Source: Oceanispirochaeta sp. (GTDB lineage: Bacteria > Spirochaetota > Spirochaetia > DSM-2461). Taken from it: a DNA stretch of 64,000 nucleotides. Positions 58,422-64,000 of this stretch are shown in pieces (within the stretch, counting starts at the first letter, position 1; each line of letters starts with the position of its first letter). Under the pieces are notes generated by a model. That model made no database searches, had not been told where the DNA came from, and saw only the letters and a list, made by a program, of their open reading frames with translations. The DNA lies in contig CAXXXD010000004.1 of NCBI GenBank assembly GCA_963663385.2, forward strand, positions 1-64,000, read 5' to 3'. A program made the translations under genes and the position numbers.

Positions 58422-59202
58422 AATCCTGACAATTTTTGTCTGTCTGGTCTTCTTTTATCTGATTTATCCGCTGTTTATTACAGTTGTCGCCTCTTTTAAC
58501 AGCAAGGATATATTGACCTTTCCCATAGAGGGGTTTTCGTTGAAATGGTATAAAAGCGCCTTCAGCAGCAGTTATATTTCCGGGTTTGCCATCAGTTTCA
58601 AAGTGGGAATTCTCGCGACTCTGATATCTCTTGTTTTCGGAGTTCCCGTTGCTTACGGTCTGGCTAAATATAAGGATAAATTTACCACCCTGATTAAGAA
58701 TATATTCTTTTCTCCTGTATTGATTCCGGGAATCGTTCTGAGCTATTCCCTGTTTTTATGCTGGGTCTTTATTGCAAAAGAGTACGATATGAAACTTCCG
58801 AAGCTGCTGGTGCTTATGTTGGCCCATATTATAATTCTGTTTCCCTACACAATCCGGGTTGTAGGCGGCGCTTTCGATAAGTTTGACTTTGTTATAGAAG
58901 ATGCTGCAACAAGCCTGGGGGCATCGAAGAAAGATTTCATTTTGCACATTCTGCTGCCCAGTATTACGCCGGCAATTGTATCCGCATCGGTGCTTTCGTT
59001 TATTACTTCTTTCAACAATATTCCCATTTCCATTTTTCTGTATGGAAGAGGTGCAACGCCGCTTCCTATTATTATGATGCAGGATGTTGAAAAATACGGA
59101 AATCCTTCTGTCGCAGCGGTATCGGTTGTTCTTTTATTCGTAACAATCGGTATCACATTTTTAATAGAAAAGACTTTGGGTCTGAACAATTACGGTAGGT
59201 AG
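58408..59202 (+). CDS. PotC-like ABC permease
   Basis: SFN, FP..GFSLKWY, IEDAA.SLGA, SF.N, PLPI; GTG at 58408 preferred. Confidence 0.9.
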   Translation: MKKSKILTIFVCLVFFYLIYPLFITVVASFNSKDILTFPIEGFSLKWYKSAFSSSYISGFAISFKVGILATLISLVFGVPVAYGLAKYKDKFTTLIKNIFFSPVLIPGIVLSYSLFLCWVFIAKEYDMKLPKLLVLMLAHIIILFPYTIRVVGGAFDKFDFVIEDAATSLGASKKDFILHILLPSITPAIVSASVLSFITSFNNIPISIFLYGRGATPLPIIMMQDVEKYGNPSVAAVSVVLLFVTIGITFLIEKTLGLNNYGR

Positions 59203-59209
59203 AATAAAC

Positions 59210-60238
59210 ATGTCACGGTTACAACTTAACGACTTGAAAGTCTCTTATGACGGAAAAGTGAATATTCTGGAAGATTATAATTTAGAGATAGAAAACGGAA
59301 CGCTGGTGTCCATACTGGGGCCTTCGGGCTGCGGAAAAACAACAACGCTTAAAGCAGTGGCGGGATTTCTGAATGCCAGGGAAGGAGAAATCCTCATTGA
59401 CGGGGAAGATTATTCCAAAGTCCCGATTAATAAACGGAATTTTGGCATTGTATTTCAATCCTATGCTCTGTTTCCCAATATGACCGTATATGAGAATGTA
59501 GCTTACGGGTTGAAACTGAGGAAAATTCCCGCAGAACAAAGGCAAAAGCAGGTTCTGGATATATTGGAAACGGTGGGGCTGACGGCTCTGAAAGACAGAA
59601 AACCTGAAAATTTAAGCGGTGGACAGAGGCAGCGAGTCGCTCTTGCCAGAGCGCTGGTTATCTCTCCGAAACTGCTTCTTTTAGATGAACCTCTCTCCAA
59701 TCTCGATGCGAAATTGAGATTAGAGATGAGATCGCAGATTAAAAAGATGCAGCAGAAGTATAAAATCACAACGGTACTGATTACGCATGATCAGGAGGAG
59801 TGCTTTTCCATATCCGACAAAGTTGCCATTATGAACAACGGAAAAATCGAGCAGTACGATTCACCTGAAAATATCTACAGCAATCCCAGTTCCATTTTTG
59901 TTGCAGACTTTGTCGGTTTTAAGAATCTTCTGGATGTCACCAAAGTCGGCAAGGGGTTGTATAAGCTGAGCAACGGCAGGGAGATCAAGGCCAGGGATGT
60001 GGATAACGCAAAAAAGATTGCCATCAGACCCCGGAATATTGCCGTTGAGCAAAAGGGTGATTCTCTGCTTGAGGGGCGTATTAAAGTCAGAACGTACCTG
60101 GGAGACAGCTATCAATATGAAGTCGACTCGGAATTGGGAGATATTGTCGTAACCGCTAACGAAAATATTGCTCTTAATCCGGGAGATACGATTAAGCTGA
60201 ATTTCCCCGAGAGCGAAATCTGTGTTTTTGCTGATTAG
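59210..60238 (+). CDS. PotA-like ABC ATP-binding protein
   Basis: GPSGCGKTT, VFQSYALFP, LSGGQRQRVALARAL, DEPLSNLDAKLR, THDQEE, TOBE tail. Confidence 0.93.
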   Translation: MSRLQLNDLKVSYDGKVNILEDYNLEIENGTLVSILGPSGCGKTTTLKAVAGFLNAREGEILIDGEDYSKVPINKRNFGIVFQSYALFPNMTVYENVAYGLKLRKIPAEQRQKQVLDILETVGLTALKDRKPENLSGGQRQRVALARALVISPKLLLLDEPLSNLDAKLRLEMRSQIKKMQQKYKITTVLITHDQEECFSISDKVAIMNNGKIEQYDSPENIYSNPSSIFVADFVGFKNLLDVTKVGKGLYKLSNGREIKARDVDNAKKIAIRPRNIAVEQKGDSLLEGRIKVRTYLGDSYQYEVDSELGDIVVTANENIALNPGDTIKLNFPESEICVFAD

Positions 60239-60369
60239 GGTTAAAAAATGCTTGGAGCTTTCTATGGGAAACTTTCTGTAGAATAGTGCTTCAGGACCGG
60301 ACTGACAGACGATCCGGTCGTATCCCTCTTCCAGCAGTTCCATGGCCTCGGGTGATTACCGCATTGGCA

Positions 60370-60645
60370 GGCGGCTTTCCGGTCCCCAAAGAGAATATCC
60401 GCGTGGTGGGCAGTATTGAGGCTATCAACCGCAGTGTCATTGAGAACAAGGGCGCAGCAGTGATCTCCCGTCTGGCTATCGAATCGGAGTTGAAGTACAA
60501 CCTTATCCGGCAGGAGGAATTCGCCGAACATCTGGATCTGAACCGTAAAATCTTTTCCATTATCAGAAGGAACACTCCTCTTTCAATGGCCGACGAGATC
60601 TTTCTGGATTTTACACGGGATTCTCTGAAAATGAGCTCATGGTAA
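60370..60645 (+). pseudogene. C-terminal fragment of a LysR substrate-binding domain
   Basis: VGSIEAINRSV..NKGAAVISRLAIESEL...LNRKIF.I.R...PLS....FLDF; no HTH upstream. Confidence 0.65.
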
Positions 60646-60895
60646 AAAATGGGAAAGAACTCTTCCCCCGGCTCTTTCCGTGCGTTGGATAACGGGGATT
60701 TTATTCCCCATCCTGCATCGAATTGAGTAAAAATATCTCGTTTTCCGCCTGGCGGATTTTCTGCAATGGAACGGAAAAATAAAAAAAGCAGATATACTCT
60801 CCCCTTTCATACAAGGATAAAGTTTTTAATTGTAGAGAAATAGTGAGATAGGGCTATACTTTTTTATCCGATAGGGAATAAATCTCTTTAAAAGA

Positions 60896-60911
60896 TGGCA
60901 CAGGCTTTGCA
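60896..60911 (+). promoter_or_regulatory. Sigma54 (-24/-12) promoter
   Basis: TGGCACAGGCTTTGCA, an exact TGGCAC-N5-TTGCA match 30 nt before the RbsB-like gene. Confidence 0.88.
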
Positions 60912-60941
60912 ATAGTATCCGGAAAACAAGGAGGACGTTTT

Positions 60942-61904
60942 ATGAAACGACTTGCAATTTTATTTTCAGTTATTTTTCTTTTAGCTTCTCTTCTGCCCCT
61001 CAGCGCTGCGGGACAGAGCGATGGCGGCAGTGATCAGAAAACTCTGGCGGTCTGCTTGCCGGGAAGTGTTGAGTTCTTTTCCGTTCAGAAAAAAGGAATG
61101 GATAAAGCGGCGGCCGAATTCGGTCTGAAACTGATCTATTCGGATGCAGAATGGGATGCCGCCAAACAGCTCAGTCAGGTTGAAAACTTTGTCGCAAGAC
61201 GTGTAGACGCTGTACTGCTCTGTGCCGCTGATAACCAGGCTCTTCTTCCGGCTGTAAAGCTTTGTAATGAGGCCTCTATCCCCCTCTTTACCTTTACCAA
61301 TACCCTGGGGGCCGATCCCAATGGTCAGGTGGACGGAATTGAAACCTTTATCGGAATCAATGAAATCTCTCTGGGACATATGATGGGAGAAATGGCCGAA
61401 GTTCTTCTGGGTGAGAACGAAGCCAATATCGTACTGATCGAAGGAAACCCCGGTACGGCTCCTCAGAGGATGAGAACAGAGGGCTTTATGGAATATGTGA
61501 ATAAACACAGCAACTGGAATATCGTATATCAGCAGGCCATCCCCGGCTGGACCAAGGAAGGGGCTCTCTCCGCTGTCGAAGCCGTACTTCAGTCCGGAGA
61601 GAAAATCGATCTGATCAGCTGTCAGTGGTACAACGGCGCTGCCGCCGCGGCCATGGCTCTCGAAGAATCCGGAAACTCGGATGATGTATACATTACAGGT
61701 CTCGAATTCTCAAAGGAACTGATCCCCCTGATTCAGAACGGTAAAGTGGATATGACCTCCAACTACTCCATCGAGGGGTCCGGTTACACCGTTATTGAGA
61801 CGGCAAACAGGTACTTCAGCGGTGAAAAGATTCCATCCTTTATTCCTCTGGATGCCTATATCGTAGATGGAAAAAATGTTGATTCGGTAACACCCGAACT
61901 GTAG
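60942..61904 (+). CDS. RbsB-like monosaccharide ABC substrate-binding protein
   Basis: FF...KGM..AA, DA.WD..KQ..QVENF, IEG.PG....R..GF; RBS GGAGG. Confidence 0.9.
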   Translation: MKRLAILFSVIFLLASLLPLSAAGQSDGGSDQKTLAVCLPGSVEFFSVQKKGMDKAAAEFGLKLIYSDAEWDAAKQLSQVENFVARRVDAVLLCAADNQALLPAVKLCNEASIPLFTFTNTLGADPNGQVDGIETFIGINEISLGHMMGEMAEVLLGENEANIVLIEGNPGTAPQRMRTEGFMEYVNKHSNWNIVYQQAIPGWTKEGALSAVEAVLQSGEKIDLISCQWYNGAAAAAMALEESGNSDDVYITGLEFSKELIPLIQNGKVDMTSNYSIEGSGYTVIETANRYFSGEKIPSFIPLDAYIVDGKNVDSVTPEL

Positions 61905-61973
61905 GAATAATGGAATCCTGAGGATTATAACTATCGGGGCTGCTGAGCAGCCCCGGATAAGGATGGAGACGCT

Positions 61974-63170
61974 ATGACTTGGGGAACTCAGCTCTTTCTG
62001 AGCGCTGATGAAAAAAAGAGGTACAGCCTCGAAGATCTTGAAACAGAATTGAAAAGGGTCGTCCACAGGCCGGGAATAAACCGCCTTATGTTCTGGAACA
62101 CCCGGGATGATGAATATACCGAGGCGGTGCTGCGGATCTGCAGGGAGAGTTCGACAGAGTGCTGGCTCTGGTTTCCCGTGCTGGCGGACTCTCTCGTCTC
62201 TTCGGAAAATGCGCGGCCTTCGGTTAATCACAGGGGCGGGAGCGGCCTCTGCTCCCCCGGTGCCATGACGCTGGAAGGCGATGGAGAAGAGGAGTTCTCC
62301 TTCCTATGCCCCTCAGACAGAGCCTTTGAAGAACAGACCGAGGCGCATCTGGCCGAACTGCTGGACAGGTATGATTTTGACGGTGTCTTTCTGGATCGGA
62401 TCCGCTTCCCGTCATTTGCAAACGGCCTGCCCCTTCTGTACTCCTGTGTCTGTCCCGAGTGCTGCCGCAGGATGAATATCGACAGGGAGCAGATTACCCG
62501 TGAGTTCGAATCTCTGAAGGGCGATGCGTTTCTTTCTCTGTTCTGCGGGATCGGCGATGCGGCGGAAGTGCGGAAGAACTACAGGCATATTCAAAAATTC
62601 ATTGAAGAAAGAATGAAGCTTATTACGGATAAAGTGGAAAGACTGAACAGGATTATCCGCAGCAGAGACAGGGCTATGGCCCTGGATCTTTTCACGCCCG
62701 GACTCGCCCGGGCTGTGGGGCAGGACTACTCCGCCCTGAGCCGTTTAGCCGACTGGGTAAAGACCATGACATACGCCATGGCCTGGGGACCCGCCGGAAT
62801 ACCGCTCGAACTGGACTGTCTCTATAGAGGCATACGCGAAACTTTCCCCGATCTGGGGGAGGACGATATTACCAATGCATTGGGATACATGATGGGCTGC
62901 GATCTGAAGCCCTATTGGGAGAACAGAAGCAGCGAAGGCTTTCCGTCTTCTCTGGCTTATTCCGAATGGAAACGAACGGAAGCATTTTCTGAGAACTGCC
63001 GCTTTCTTCCGGGGATAGAGCTTGTTCACAGCGAGCTCTTCAAAACCAAAGTTCCTGAATCAAGGGCTGCGGAAGCAGTTGAACTCTTCGGGGAAAAGAC
63101 CGAAATCATCGCCTGCTGGAACTGTCTGGAAATTCCCGATAGATATTTCACAATGCTGGATAGAGGATGA
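61974..63170 (+). CDS. Putative glycoside-hydrolase-like TIM-barrel protein (GHL10/DUF187-like)
   Basis: FLCPS, LLDRYDFDGVFLDRIRFP, CVCPECC, GQDY..L...D....MTY. Confidence 0.55.
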   Translation: MTWGTQLFLSADEKKRYSLEDLETELKRVVHRPGINRLMFWNTRDDEYTEAVLRICRESSTECWLWFPVLADSLVSSENARPSVNHRGGSGLCSPGAMTLEGDGEEEFSFLCPSDRAFEEQTEAHLAELLDRYDFDGVFLDRIRFPSFANGLPLLYSCVCPECCRRMNIDREQITREFESLKGDAFLSLFCGIGDAAEVRKNYRHIQKFIEERMKLITDKVERLNRIIRSRDRAMALDLFTPGLARAVGQDYSALSRLADWVKTMTYAMAWGPAGIPLELDCLYRGIRETFPDLGEDDITNALGYMMGCDLKPYWENRSSEGFPSSLAYSEWKRTEAFSENCRFLPGIELVHSELFKTKVPESRAAEAVELFGEKTEIIACWNCLEIPDRYFTMLDRG

Positions 63171-63175
63171 TAATA

Positions 63176-64000
63176 ATGCCGGAAAAATTACTCTCTCTGG
63201 ATAACATAAATAAAAAATTTTCTGGCGTGAGCGTTCTGCAGAATATCTGCTGGGATGTTCACAAAGGGAAGGTACACGCTCTTCTGGGAGAAAACGGCGC
63301 CGGGAAATCTACCCTGATTAAGATAATTTCCGGCGTCTATTCGCTGACATCGGGAAAGGTCAGCCTTGAAGGGGATGCCATTCATTTCAGTTCTCCCCAG
63401 GACGCTGTAAAAGCCGGAATCAATGTGATCTATCAGGAAACGAGTCTGGTGCCCACCCTGACTGTGCTTGAAAATGTGTTTCTGGGGATCGAACCGATTC
63501 AGAACGGTCTGATTGACGAGAAGGACATGGAGCTCCGCTACACTTCCCTGGTGGAAAAAGTCGGAGTGGATATAGACAGGACCCGGAAGGTTTCAAGTCT
63601 GGGAGTGGCCGAGAAGAAAATCGTCGAGATCATGAAAGCTCTTGCCAGAGAAAGCCGCCTGATCATTATGGATGAACCTACGGACTCTCTGTCGGCTAAG
63701 GAAGTGGACCTGCTTTTCAATGTCATCAGGGATCTGAAGAGCAGGGGAATCACCCTGATCTATATTACCCATTTCCTGGATGAAGTCTTTCGTATCTCCG
63801 ACAGGATCACCATACTGAAGGATGGTCTGCTGGTCTGTGACAGGCCGGCTGAAGAGATGACGGTTGAATCCATCGTGTCCCATATGGTCGGCGACATTCT
63901 GGAACTCGACGGGACGGCCGAACTGAGTCCGGAAGCCTATGCCGCTCCCCGTCTTGAAGTTCGGAATCTAAGGGCCGATGATATCGTGAAGCCCAGCAGT
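63176..64000 (+). CDS. RbsA/MglA-like sugar ABC ATP-binding protein (runs off window end)
   Basis: Manual translation MPEKLLSLDNINKKFSGV...VHALLGENGAGKSTLIK...IYQE...IMDEPT...YITHFLDEVF.ISDRI.ILKDG. Confidence 0.92.
   Translation, partial: MPEKLLSLDNINKKFSGVSVLQNICWDVHKGKVHALLGENGAGKSTLIKIISGVYSLTSGKVSLEGDAIHFSSPQDAVKAGINVIYQETSLVPTLTVLENVFLGIEPIQNGLIDEKDMELRYTSLVEKVGVDIDRTRKVSSLGVAEKKIVEIMKALARESRLIIMDEPTDSLSAKEVDLLFNVIRDLKSRGITLIYITHFLDEVFRISDRITILKDGLLVCDRPAEEMTVESIVSHMVGDILELDGTAELSPEAYAAPRLEVRNLRADDIVKPSS

Noticed and set aside
1..64000. CRISPR array, rRNA, prophage genes, canonical Rex box
   Set aside because: No spaced direct-repeat array, rRNA-like sequence, phage structural gene or convincing TTGTGAA-N4-TTCACAA site was seen by eye.

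Overview
Bacterial chromosomal window, most likely from a free-living anaerobic spirochaete (Spirochaetaceae-like). This rests on four ABC substrate-binding proteins with the spirochaete-type '(F/Y)A.G..E' leader, a TIGR03545/TIGR03546 pair and an MCP. About 1-21 kb is housekeeping and regulatory: SDR, Rex, flavodoxin, rRNA modifiers, a sigma54-type hsp20, a REC/HD-GYP + 7TM kinase + membrane LuxR + acyl-ACP thioesterase locus, an SSS symporter with TetR, a MEDS protein and a metal ABC transporter. At 20952 a tRNA(CAT), probably Ile2, is the target of a 2.3 kb degenerate island bounded by a 21-bp att repeat. It carries an IS21 istB remnant, an rve transposase and BrnT/BrnA. The attachment architecture is repeated after the second att copy, which suggests an older tandem island. 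Downstream lies an accessory mosaic: a cold-shock RNA-chaperone cluster, a secreted phosphoesterase, sugar and nucleoside-type ABC operons and three pseudogene remnants. The best candidate for an undescribed system is at 34.6-41.5 kb: a cobalamin riboswitch heading one operon that encodes a Btu/Fec-type ABC importer (binding protein with a dockerin-like EF-hand pair) followed by a complete NifH/NifD/NifK-like, non-nitrogen-fixing reductase. All family calls come from motif recognition by eye; no searches were run.
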